A stretch of 64,000 nucleotides of DNA from Nanobdellota archaeon (GTDB lineage Archaea; Nanobdellota; Nanobdellia; JAAOXT01). How positions within the stretch are numbered: the first letter of the stretch is position 1; each line of letters opens with the position of its first letter. Location of the stretch: contig JAAOXT010000017.1 in the NCBI GenBank assembly GCA_018221045.1, forward strand, positions 6,356 through 70,355, given 5' to 3'. Made by a program: the position numbers and the translations under genes. Below the pieces are notes generated by a model, which was given only the letters and a program-made list of their open reading frames with translations, did no database searches and had not been told where the DNA came from. Below are positions 38,086 through 47,033 of the stretch, in pieces.

Positions 38086-38544
38086 TTATCTTGTAGTGTG
38101 TTTCTCGTCGTCTCTCTGGTACGAGTGCGTTTCTTTGTTCTTGAACCAGAGCTTTATTTCTTTTTTGGCGTCTTTCTGGTTGGCTGACGCGTGAACCAGG
38201 TTTTGACCCCTGATGAGGTAATGAGCGTAGTCTCCTCTTATCGTGCCTGGCAGGGCTTCTTCTGGCCGGGTGGTGCCAACAATTTTTCTGACAGCGCTTA
38301 TGGATTTTAGTCCTTCAACAACTATTGCGACGAGCGGTCCTTCTTCTATGAATGACGCGAGTTCTTGGAAGAAAGGTTTCTTAACGTGTTCTGCGTAATG
38401 CTGTTCGGTGAATTCTCTGTTGAGCCACACCATTTTCATGCCCACGATTTTAAGCCCTCTTTGCTCGAAGCGTTTGAGTATTTCCCCGACTAATCCTCTT
38501 TGGATGGCGTCAGGTTTCAGTAGTACGAGTGTTCTTTCAATCAT
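38086..38544 (-). CDS. ndk: nucleoside-diphosphate kinase
   Basis: LKPDAIQRGLVG, PGTIRGD, NLVHAS. Confidence 0.97.
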   Translation of the reverse strand: MIERTLVLLKPDAIQRGLVGEILKRFEQRGLKIVGMKMVWLNREFTEQHYAEHVKKPFFQELASFIEEGPLVAIVVEGLKSISAVRKIVGTTRPEEALPGTIRGDYAHYLIRGQNLVHASANQKDAKKEIKLWFKNKETHSYQRDDEKHTTR

Positions 38545-38556
38545 TTTATTTTTCCA

Positions 38557-40014
38557 TCAGTATGCTTTCGCTATGTAAACGGTTTCTTTGGCTGGTTTGC
38601 CGCACACAACGCATTTTTTGAACTTGTTTTTCTCCCCACTTATTTTTTTGCCTCTAACCAGTCCACCCATTTTTTCTATTGTTTCAGCGCAACTCATGCC
38701 GTCAAGATTTATGCTGCAGAACCCTGTACAAGCTATCCTTCCAGCGTTCAAGGCGTCTTTAACGTCTTTGAGCGCACCAGTTTTTTTGACTAGGCTTGCA
38801 AACCTGCGAGCGTGCCTTTTTTTCAGTTTTGCAGTGTAATTTTTTGCTATATTGTTCACGTGTTCTTCCAGTTTTGTTTTCTTGACGAATTCTCTTTTGC
38901 CGTCTAGCCTGCTGACGATTGCTGCCTGTTTTTTCGCCAAGTCTTTTGGCCCTATCTCTATTCTGATTGGCACTCCTTTCATCTCCCAGTGGTTGAATTT
39001 TTCGCCTGGCGTTTTGTCGTCATTCCAATCCACTTTTGTGATGTACTTGTTTTCGAATAATTTTTTGATGTTTTCGCATTCTTTTCGAATTTTCTGTTCT
39101 TTTCCTTTGAAGGGTATGGGGATTATGACTATTTGAACAGGGGATAAGTCGAATGGCAGTATGAGTCCTTGGTCGTCGCCGAGAATGGCTATCATCGCCC
39201 CGTATATCCTGCTTATTGCTGGGCCGTAGCATGTGATGAACCCTAATCTTTTTTTTCCGTTTTTGTCTGTGAATGTCACGTTGAACGGTTTTGAAAAATT
39301 GGTTCCGAGTAAGTGCGTGCTTGGTAGTTGTATGACTTTGCCTGACTCGGTTAGCGCGTCCGCAGCGTAAGTGTGCACTGCTCCTGGAAAAGTGTCCCAT
39401 GCAGGTCTTTGAAAGAACATGATTGGTATCGCGAACTCTTCTTCTAGCAGTTTATGGGTTGTTCTCATGTCTTCATGGACTTGCGCCATGGCGTCTTTCA
39501 TGGTGGCGAACACGTTGTGAGCTTCTATCCAGTGGAATTCGCGTGCGCGGAGGAAGGGTCTGGTTGTTCCTTCATTTCTCCACACTTGGCATGACAGGTA
39601 GCGCTTGAACGGGAGGTCTTTGTAACTGCGAATCCAGAGCGAGTACATTTGGTAGAGCGCGGTTTCGCTTGTTGGTCTTAGCGCTAATCTTTCATCAAGC
39701 TTTTTTTTGCCTGCGTGCGTTATCCAGAACACTTCTGGCGAGAATCCTTCCACGTGTTCTGCTTCTAGTTTGAAGTTTCGTTCAGGTATCACTGAGGGCA
39801 TGGTGAGTGGTTCGTGCCCTAGTTTTTCCAGTTCTGCTTCGTACTTGCCGTACATTTTTTTGATTGTTCTCGTGGCCCATGGCATGTAGCACACGAATCC
39901 TTTGACGTTGTATCTAGTGTCAGCTAGTTCTGCTTTGTTTATTAGTTCTGTGTACCACTTGCTGAAATCTTTCTCTTTTTTAGATTGAATGCCTAATTCT
40001 TTTTTCTTCGCCAT
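38557..40014 (-). CDS. proS: proline-tRNA ligase (archaeal/eukaryotic type)
   Basis: LRPTSET, FLRAREF.W.EAH, WEMKGVPIRIEIG, C-terminal IAKAY. Confidence 0.97.
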   Translation of the reverse strand: MAKKKELGIQSKKEKDFSKWYTELINKAELADTRYNVKGFVCYMPWATRTIKKMYGKYEAELEKLGHEPLTMPSVIPERNFKLEAEHVEGFSPEVFWITHAGKKKLDERLALRPTSETALYQMYSLWIRSYKDLPFKRYLSCQVWRNEGTTRPFLRAREFHWIEAHNVFATMKDAMAQVHEDMRTTHKLLEEEFAIPIMFFQRPAWDTFPGAVHTYAADALTESGKVIQLPSTHLLGTNFSKPFNVTFTDKNGKKRLGFITCYGPAISRIYGAMIAILGDDQGLILPFDLSPVQIVIIPIPFKGKEQKIRKECENIKKLFENKYITKVDWNDDKTPGEKFNHWEMKGVPIRIEIGPKDLAKKQAAIVSRLDGKREFVKKTKLEEHVNNIAKNYTAKLKKRHARRFASLVKKTGALKDVKDALNAGRIACTGFCSINLDGMSCAETIEKMGGLVRGKKISGEKNKFKKCVVCGKPAKETVYIAKAY

Positions 40015-40105
40015 TATTCCAGATTACTCGTTCTTTTTGCTTAAAAAATGTTTTGATTGATTATAACAATTCTTATAAACAGTATTGATTTTGGATTCTT
40101 TGATA

Positions 40106-40477
40106 ATGGCTATTTTGTTGAAAACGAGTTCTAATGGTATTAATCGTTTCCGCGATGCTTTAGAAGAGAATGTTTGGACTGTCAGCAGTCCAGTCACTTT
40201 TCGTCTTAGCAGGTTCTGTTTCGCTGAAGAGGATAAGGAAGGCGTGGCTTACTGGCTTTTTGAGGCTTATAACATTTCTGGCGCGCCGCCCAAAGAAGCT
40301 TATCCTCCGAACAGGGAGCTTGTTTTAAGTTATTCTGAAGCCGTCAGCGATATCAGTAAACCTTTTGACCGGTTGCTTAACGATTTAGGTGTTAAGAGCT
40401 TAAAAACTATTGAAAATGGTTTAGGGGCTTTGGAAAAAGTTTTTTCAAAACTGTGTTCAAGAAGGTCAAAGCAATAA
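40106..40477 (+). CDS. hypothetical protein
   Basis: ORF with ATG after a TTATAAA box. Confidence 0.5.
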   Translation: MAILLKTSSNGINRFRDALEENVWTVSSPVTFRLSRFCFAEEDKEGVAYWLFEAYNISGAPPKEAYPPNRELVLSYSEAVSDISKPFDRLLNDLGVKSLKTIENGLGALEKVFSKLCSRRSKQ

Positions 40478-40542
40478 TCTTTTTAAATGATTACTTACCC
40501 TCTTTTAAAAAATCTTAATTTGAAAGGACGTGTTAATCGATA

Positions 40543-40923
40543 ATGGATTGTTCAGTGAAAATCGTTGTTTACGCTAAAAACAGTGGCAAAAAAGAATTCT
40601 TGCTCAGCAAGAATGAAAAAGGGTGGAGAATAATCCGAGGAACTGTTGATAGAAAGGAGCAGCCGTACACTGCTGGAATCAATGAAGCCAAAAAAGCCAC
40701 GGGCATTTCTGGTTTTAAGCGTTACGAGTATTTAGGCGAGATTCATTGGGATGATGGGCGAAGCTGGGACGACGTTTTCAGCATGTTCGTTGAAAAACAA
40801 GAAACTCGTCCAGGGAATGGTTATAAGGAACAGAGATGGGTGGGTTATGCTGAAGCGTTAGCCATGTTAACCCAGGAAAGTGATAAGAAGGTTTTAAGAA
40901 TGGTTAATTCAAAACCTGAGTAA
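40543..40923 (+). CDS. degenerate NUDIX-fold protein
   Basis: GWRIIRGTVDRKE...NEAKKATGI resembles a Nudix box lacking REXXEE; RWV..EAL..L. Confidence 0.6.
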   Translation: MDCSVKIVVYAKNSGKKEFLLSKNEKGWRIIRGTVDRKEQPYTAGINEAKKATGISGFKRYEYLGEIHWDDGRSWDDVFSMFVEKQETRPGNGYKEQRWVGYAEALAMLTQESDKKVLRMVNSKPE

Positions 40924-42253
40924 CTCGTTTTGAAAAAGGTTTTTTTAATAAGTGTTTTAATTTCTTGTAAGCCAGGACGAAAGGAGCTTTCTTTTTAATA
41001 TCCCAACCAGTGAGGTTGTCTAAGGTCAAATCATAATCAAGAATTGCTCTCACGAAAGGTTCTCCATAACCCGTTCTCCCTGCATAAAAACCTGAATTCT
41101 CGAAAGCGAACTGAGGGTTTTTAACAAGACTTGACAAACAGGACAGGTCTTCAACACCTGAAATCAAGTGGTCTAACAAGATTTCTCCCCATTCGTGATT
41201 AGGCGTGTCAGTGCAGGCGTGAGCGTAAACCCATTTCATATTCTTTACGCTTTCAAACAAAGTCCAGTCTTTTCTGTTTTCAAAATAGTTAATCCCTCTT
41301 TCAGTGAATTCAGGGTTTTGTTCCAAAAACTTTTGCGGAAAAACCTTGCCCAGGCCAAACTCGTTTTCTAGCAAGTTTAACGCAAGTTCTTGTTTCAGAG
41401 AAGGGTTGAAACAAGCTTTATCTCTTATTTTTTCAGCCTTGTGTTTCAGTTCTGAAACATCGTGGTTGAACAATGAAGACGCTCTTTGCCCTCCATAAGA
41501 ACTCGCGATAAGGGAAATGTCCTCTAATAATGATTCGTTTTCAAAAATATCTAAAATACTGTTTTGAAAATTTATCGTACCATCTGGTGAGAAGGAATCC
41601 ATAAATTGGTAAAAAGTCGATGTCAAAAAATTAATACCTGTTTTATAATAAATTTTAGTCAAACCAAATAATACTTCTGCAGTTCCGGACGCATATCCTT
41701 CACTCCTTGAATCAAATATGGATGAATCGGAGTCTTGAATTATTGGTAAAGTTATCAAACGAGAAAAAGCTTCGTCAAACATGTTTAAAGCACGAAAATC
41801 TGTTACTAAGATACTACCTTTCCTGCGAATCCTAAGTTGTTCTGAAATATTCATTTTCTCTTCAAAAAGAGATGTTAATTCTTCGCCTTTTTTCATTATT
41901 ACTTCCAATAAAGGTTTCATCTTAACATGCCCAAGAACCTCATGAACAAAAGATTTGTTTTCCCTAGGAAATCTTCCAGAACCGTTTCTTTCTGTTAATG
42001 ACAAATAACCTTTAAAAATAGTTCTTCCCTCTTCCAGAATTTCTCCTCTTCCAATAGTACCCCCTACAGCTCCCTCTTCAGAGCTTAAAAAACCGTCTGG
42101 AACAGTGTAAGCCCTAAAATCACTCTCAACAGGTTGAATCAGTGCCTCCCTGAACATGTAGTCCTGAATTCCTCGCATTCTTGACTCTGAAAAAATAATA
42201 GAGTCCTCTGTTGAAAAAACGCTTCCGTCACTAAATCGAAACTCTAAACTCAT
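40904..42253 (-). CDS. hypothetical protein with HExxGH metallopeptidase-like motif
   Basis: FVHEVLGH followed by downstream DEAFS. Confidence 0.6.
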   Translation of the reverse strand: MSLEFRFSDGSVFSTEDSIIFSESRMRGIQDYMFREALIQPVESDFRAYTVPDGFLSSEEGAVGGTIGRGEILEEGRTIFKGYLSLTERNGSGRFPRENKSFVHEVLGHVKMKPLLEVIMKKGEELTSLFEEKMNISEQLRIRRKGSILVTDFRALNMFDEAFSRLITLPIIQDSDSSIFDSRSEGYASGTAEVLFGLTKIYYKTGINFLTSTFYQFMDSFSPDGTINFQNSILDIFENESLLEDISLIASSYGGQRASSLFNHDVSELKHKAEKIRDKACFNPSLKQELALNLLENEFGLGKVFPQKFLEQNPEFTERGINYFENRKDWTLFESVKNMKWVYAHACTDTPNHEWGEILLDHLISGVEDLSCLSSLVKNPQFAFENSGFYAGRTGYGEPFVRAILDYDLTLDNLTGWDIKKKAPFVLAYKKLKHLLKKPFSKRVTQVLN

Positions 42254-42294
42254 AAAAAAACAGGAAAGAATTCTTTGTTTTAAACTTGTCGAAT

Positions 42295-43011
42295 TTAGAA
42301 TTTGATTAGTTCTTCTTGAAATTTTTCGAGCTCGTCGTAATCGCTTGAGTTCAAAACCACGAGGTGGTGCTGCTTGTTTTTAACCACGCGCTCAAAGAAA
42401 TCTTTATTCTTTTTCACGTCAGCCTTGTTAGCGAACACCAAGGTGGAGCGCGGAAGACTTACCTCAATGACTTTATCCTTGCTCTCCCTCCAACCAGACA
42501 AGTTTGAAGAATCAGTGAACAATTTTATTTTGTGCTCGTCGCAAGCACTTTTCAATTCAGTAATGCTGAAATCATTAACCCGGTAATGGTCTTGCGGGAG
42601 GGCGAGGTGCCAGCCCTTATTTGACAAGGCGCTGGCCTTGTTCAACACGTTTTTGAAAGAGTATAATTCGTAGCGGTGAACGACTTGCTTGCCTTCCTTA
42701 TCTGTTACTACGCCTGACTTCAAGAGATTGATTGACGTGTTGTTTGTCTTCAAGTTTTTTCTAAGCGTTTCCACTTCATCGAAAATCATGTCAACGTCTA
42801 AGTCAATTGGTATGTTGATCGTCAAAGAGTATTGGATTCCGTGCTTTTTTCTCAGATGGTTGAAAGATTCTAGGTTGTGCAAAACGTATTTCAGTCCTTG
42901 GACTCCTAGGTTCAGGTTAACGTTCTTAAAATCCTTAAACCCTGGGATGATTTCCTCATGCTTCAGCAAATCTTTCCCTTTAAGCTGAGCTGAAATCCCT
43001 ATTATCATCAA
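42295..43011 (-). CDS. hypothetical protein
   Basis: 238-aa ORF, ATG after a TATTAAA box. Confidence 0.6.
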   Translation of the reverse strand: MMIIGISAQLKGKDLLKHEEIIPGFKDFKNVNLNLGVQGLKYVLHNLESFNHLRKKHGIQYSLTINIPIDLDVDMIFDEVETLRKNLKTNNTSINLLKSGVVTDKEGKQVVHRYELYSFKNVLNKASALSNKGWHLALPQDHYRVNDFSITELKSACDEHKIKLFTDSSNLSGWRESKDKVIEVSLPRSTLVFANKADVKKNKDFFERVVKNKQHHLVVLNSSDYDELEKFQEELIKF

Positions 43012-43065
43012 AAAATAGGAAACGCGACTGGTTTAATAAGCTTTTTGCAACTCCAACGCAAGAAT

Positions 43066-43230
43066 TCATTCTTTTTTTTTCTTAGTGACCCATTTGACTT
43101 TTAAAGGCTTCCTAATCTTAGCGTTGCGCTCACACTTTTTAGAACAATAAGGTATTGTCTTACCATCATTTTTTAGTAGCGTGACTCCAGTGCCTTTTTT
43201 TATGGTTTTTCCGCAAAAACTGCATTTCAT
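43066..43230 (-). CDS. rpl24e: 50S ribosomal protein L24e (below the ORF-track cutoff)
   Basis: MKCSFCGKTIKKGTG...DG....CSKKCERN...RKP.KVKW, 54 aa. Confidence 0.93.
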   Translation of the reverse strand: MKCSFCGKTIKKGTGVTLLKNDGKTIPYCSKKCERNAKIRKPLKVKWVTKKKKE

Positions 43231-43237
43231 TTTTTTT

Positions 43238-43507
43238 TTATTTTCCTTTGTAAACTTTGAATAACTTTTCTTTAAAAGCTTTCTCGGCTATCTCCAAAGT
43301 TTTCTTTTTCAACTCTTTTTTAGGGATTGGTTCAGCGACAAAAACTTCGTCTTTTTTTATTACGAAAACTTTTTCGCCGAGCACGACTTGAAAACACCCT
43401 TCCTTTGTTGAGAAAGAGTATCCTTCGGCTACGCGTCGCGAAACTTTTTTCATCACATCATCCACTTCTTTAGGTTTCGCCTGTCTTAAGCGGTAATGTT
43501 TGATCAT
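43238..43507 (-). CDS. small basic hypothetical protein inside the ribosomal protein operon
   Basis: ATGA overlap with the S28e stop; ends 7 nt before L24e. Confidence 0.7.
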   Translation of the reverse strand: MIKHYRLRQAKPKEVDDVMKKVSRRVAEGYSFSTKEGCFQVVLGEKVFVIKKDEVFVAEPIPKKELKKKTLEIAEKAFKEKLFKVYKGK

Positions 43508-43794
43508 CTTCTCCTGCCAGTTAGCGCGCCGGCCTCGAATTCCGTGTTCCTGAGTAATAGTATGTCCTCAATCCTTACTGGACCTTTAACGTTTCTGCGC
43601 ATAACCTTGCCTTGGTCCTTGCCCGCCAAGATCTTGCACCTAACTTGAGTGACTTCTCCTCGAACCCCTGTTCTGCCAATGATTTCTATCACTTTTGCTG
43701 GAAAAGAACCGTCGTATTCCTCAAACTCTTCTGCTTCGGGTTTTATAATCTCTTTTTCAACTTCTTTTTTGACTTCTTTTTCGATTTTTGGCAT
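43504..43794 (-). CDS. rps28e: 30S ribosomal protein S28e with charged N-terminal extension
   Basis: [24 protein letters not shown]. Confidence 0.95.
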   Translation of the reverse strand: MPKIEKEVKKEVEKEIIKPEAEEFEEYDGSFPAKVIEIIGRTGVRGEVTQVRCKILAGKDQGKVMRRNVKGPVRIEDILLLRNTEFEAGALTGRRR

Positions 43795-43812
43795 TTACTT
43801 GTTCTCCTACAC

Positions 43813-44163
43813 TCATTTTTTAAGCGCTTGAAGTCTGGTTTCAAGTTCTTTCAATCTTTTTTTTGCCTCGCCAGCTTCCATTAGCGCTACTGCAGCGCAA
43901 GGAACTTCTATTCCGCAAGCATTGCCTATCTCGTCTTTGGTGCTGCCTTTAACGCATAGAATGTCTTTTTCCTCGCACAAAGGGTCTAAGTGCATTACTA
44001 TTTCTGGCGGGTCAATGTCGTTGGCCACGACCACTAGTTTAGCTTGTCCTCTTTCAACCACTTTCGTGACTTCGTTAACACCTTTTTTAATCTTGCCGCC
44101 AGAGTTCCTGGCTATCTCAATTATTTCGAGTGATTGTTCCAAAAGTTCTTTCGGTACTTCCAT
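43813..44163 (-). CDS. rpl7ae: ribosomal protein L7Ae
   Basis: KKGVNEVTK.VERG.AKLV..A.D.DPPEIV.HL; GAGGTGA SD. Confidence 0.97.
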   Translation of the reverse strand: MEVPKELLEQSLEIIEIARNSGGKIKKGVNEVTKVVERGQAKLVVVANDIDPPEIVMHLDPLCEEKDILCVKGSTKDEIGNACGIEVPCAAVALMEAGEAKKRLKELETRLQALKK

Positions 44164-44229
44164 TATTTTTATTCACCTCAAATCTTAAATCGATTCACGA
44201 AGATTTTTTTTTTCTATTCGAAGAAAAGC

Positions 44230-44258
44230 AAACCTCGAAAACGACTTCTCATTGGTTT
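44230..44258 (-). promoter_or_regulatory. kink-turn in the L7Ae 5' leader
   Basis: AAACC-AAT-GA-GAA-GTCGTT-TTC-GA-GGTTT fits the consensus; TTTTATAAAA box at 44282-44291. Confidence 0.75.
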
Positions 44259-44292
44259 TTTTTACTTAAACCTCTCCCTCCTTTTATAAAAC

Positions 44293-44571
44293 TTATGGTG
44301 TCTTCTCTTCTTCTTTTAGGCCGTACAAAAACAGTTTTATCATGAAGAAACCGATTATCGCGCCAGCGAAAGTGAAGATGATGTAAGGGAATGTCGTGTC
44401 AAAAATGAACTTCAAAGTGAATGGCCACTCGTAAAAACTGTGATGGATGTCGAAAAAGAATACGAATAAGAATGATAGTGTGGCGGGAATGAACAGGAAA
44501 ATCGCGTCAGCAATTAACTCTTCTTTCATGATTTTAGACTTCCTCACTTTTCTTAAACGCTTCCTCATCAA
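44293..44571 (-). CDS. small membrane protein
   Basis: Two hydrophobic segments. Confidence 0.6.
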   Translation of the reverse strand: MMRKRLRKVRKSKIMKEELIADAIFLFIPATLSFLFVFFFDIHHSFYEWPFTLKFIFDTTFPYIIFTFAGAIIGFFMIKLFLYGLKEEEKTP

Positions 44572-44637
44572 GGACTAATTAAACAATCACTTATTAAAAA
44601 AGTTTTATAAAACCTTTAGGACAAAGTTAAACTCTAA

Positions 44638-45333
44638 ATGAAGGTTGTGATTCTTGCTGCTGGCAAAGGAACTCGAATGCTTCCCTTAACCAAGGATAAG
44701 CCTAAGCATTTCATAAAAATCAAAGGCAAACCCTTCCTGCACTACCTTCTCTCTGACTTAAAGACGGCGGGTTACAACGATTTCGGGATAGTGGTGAACT
44801 ACCAAAAAAAGGTGTTCGAAGAATACGCGAAAACTTGCGAGTTCAACATAACCGTAATCAAACAGGAAAAAACGCTGGGCACAGGGGACGCCGTGAAAAG
44901 CGCTAAAAAATTTGTGAACTGTGGGGAATTCGTGGTCGTGATGGGGGACAATCTTTACAGTCCAGAAGACTTGAAAAAACTAAACAAAAAAGACAATTAT
45001 TGTTATGTTGCGGGCAAGAAAAACGAGCGCCCAGAACTGTACGGCGTGCTTGTCGAGGAACACGAAAACCTAAAAAGAATTATTGAAAAACCCCAAAAAT
45101 TTGTTGGAGACCTGGTTAACGTCGGGTTATACAAGTTCACGCCAAAAATATTCGACGCCCTGAACAAGACTGGTTTGTCTCCGCGCGGCGAGTACGAGAT
45201 AACAAGTGCAATAAACGTTTTGGCAGAACAAAATTTGGTAAAGGTTGTCAGGATGAATGGTTATTGGCTTGACTTCGGCAAGCCCGAAGACGTTGAAAAA
45301 ATAGAGCGTTTTCTTAACCGTGCGAATAAATGA
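44638..45333 (+). CDS. sugar-phosphate nucleotidyltransferase (GlmU N-terminal/RmlA-like)
   Basis: ILAAGKGTRMLPLT..PK, LGTGDA, EKP, SPRGEYEIT. Confidence 0.92.
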   Translation: MKVVILAAGKGTRMLPLTKDKPKHFIKIKGKPFLHYLLSDLKTAGYNDFGIVVNYQKKVFEEYAKTCEFNITVIKQEKTLGTGDAVKSAKKFVNCGEFVVVMGDNLYSPEDLKKLNKKDNYCYVAGKKNERPELYGVLVEEHENLKRIIEKPQKFVGDLVNVGLYKFTPKIFDALNKTGLSPRGEYEITSAINVLAEQNLVKVVRMNGYWLDFGKPEDVEKIERFLNRANK

Positions 45334-46996
45334 AAACGTTCTTCCCGTCTTTACAGCAGAAACCATACCTCTCGAATTGAACAATGCTCCCAACCTTAAT
45401 TTTTTTGACGCTGGGCTCTGCCAAACACTTTTCTTCGCGAAGCTTGCTTTTCATGTTCAACTCCTCCTTAACCAGTAATGGTTCGCAGTGAATCACTGTG
45501 ACCTCAACCGCGTCAGGAGTGACCCACTGAACTTTCTTAGATTCCTTAATTAGTTCTTGGCCAGCGTAAACCCATGAACCTCCTTCTTTCTTTATGTTGT
45601 ACAAGTCTTTCAAACGAATAACTTCTCCTTTCCCAACTTTCAGGTCTTGCTTGTCAACGTAGAACACTCCGCTCGTCTTTATTTTTCTTGAACCCATTTT
45701 TTTGATTGTAGGATGGTTCGGGATCACCGCAGTCTTTTTTGGAGCGTTTTTGACAATGATTTTCTTCGGGTTCGGGACCAAGAATTTTCTAAGCGTTTTA
45801 TCGTTTAACACTCGCCTATTCAGTGAATAAAAAAAGTTTATGTCTATTTTTCCTTTAGCTTTCGATATCCCTACTTCATAGCACAGGGCTGCAAAAGTTT
45901 CCGGCACAATCCCTCTTCTCTTCATCCCAACTATCGTGGCCATTCTAGGGTCATCCCAGCCCGTCACTACTCCATCCTCAACTAATTTGCGGGCGTCTCT
46001 TCCTTTAACAACAGCTCCTGTTATGCTGAACCTGCCGTATTCAACGTAGGTAGGTGTTTTGAAGCCCATTTCTTCTATGAGTTTTTTCTGAAGGTTGGTG
46101 GCGAACTCGTTAGTCCTGATGACGTGAGTCATTTTTTCAAAGCCGTCTTCGAACGCTGCTGCGAAATCGTATGAGGGCCAAACCCTATACTTTTTTTTGG
46201 TCAGCGCGTGCGGGCGAGTGATTATTCTGAACATGGTTGGGTCGCGCAGTGAAGCGTCCTTGTCTTTCATGTTTCCTTTAAACCTGACAATAGCGTTTCC
46301 TTCCCGCGTGTCAGCGAGCATTTTTTTCCAGAGCTCAAAGTTTTTTTTAACGTGGTTGCGCCTGCAATCACAATCTTCTTTATCCCACCTGTTTTTCTTT
46401 ATTTTTTCTCGAGTGCAAATGCAAACGTAAGCCTTGCCTTTTTTCATGAGTTCTTCCAGTTTATCGTAATAAAGAGTTAATCGTTTTGATTGGATTATTT
46501 CTTTGGAGTAATTGACGCCCAGCCACTTCAAATCGTCGCGAATGGGTTGGTAAAACTCTTTCTTAGCCGTTAAAGGGTTCGTATCTTCTAATCTGAGAAC
46601 AGTTTTTCCTTTGTATTGTTTGGCGTATAAATGGTTGCGCATGAAAGAAATGGCGTGGCCCACGTGCAAGTACTTCTCCACCCCTGGAGGGATGCGGGTC
46701 TTAAATTTTCCAACAACTATGTTGGGCAGGGGCGAAAGCCTTTTCTCCTCGACCCGCTTATCTAGCGCGCGAGAGTCTAGTTTGAGCAATTCTTCTTTTT
46801 GCTTTTCCAAACTCCAACTGCCTACTTTCTTGACTGTTTTTTGGATTAGTGGCAAGAATTTTTTTAGTTCGTGCTTGAGGTTCGGGTGCGCGCCGAGGAA
46901 GCCTGATATCACTGATCCTATCGCTGGCTTGCCTTTATGCGCTACCGCGTTCTTCAAAGCGTACTTGAGAATTGTTTTCTCTTCTTCGCCCACCAT
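45314..46996 (-). CDS. gltX: glutamate-tRNA ligase
   Basis: HVGH, LRLEDTNP, WPSYDFA, GWDDPR, QFERYGF. Confidence 0.93.
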   Translation of the reverse strand: MVGEEEKTILKYALKNAVAHKGKPAIGSVISGFLGAHPNLKHELKKFLPLIQKTVKKVGSWSLEKQKEELLKLDSRALDKRVEEKRLSPLPNIVVGKFKTRIPPGVEKYLHVGHAISFMRNHLYAKQYKGKTVLRLEDTNPLTAKKEFYQPIRDDLKWLGVNYSKEIIQSKRLTLYYDKLEELMKKGKAYVCICTREKIKKNRWDKEDCDCRRNHVKKNFELWKKMLADTREGNAIVRFKGNMKDKDASLRDPTMFRIITRPHALTKKKYRVWPSYDFAAAFEDGFEKMTHVIRTNEFATNLQKKLIEEMGFKTPTYVEYGRFSITGAVVKGRDARKLVEDGVVTGWDDPRMATIVGMKRRGIVPETFAALCYEVGISKAKGKIDINFFYSLNRRVLNDKTLRKFLVPNPKKIIVKNAPKKTAVIPNHPTIKKMGSRKIKTSGVFYVDKQDLKVGKGEVIRLKDLYNIKKEGGSWVYAGQELIKESKKVQWVTPDAVEVTVIHCEPLLVKEELNMKSKLREEKCLAEPSVKKIKVGSIVQFERYGFCCKDGKNVFIYSHG

Positions 46997-47033
46997 TTAC
47001 TTTATTCTTTACTAAATGGTGGGTTAAAAAAGT

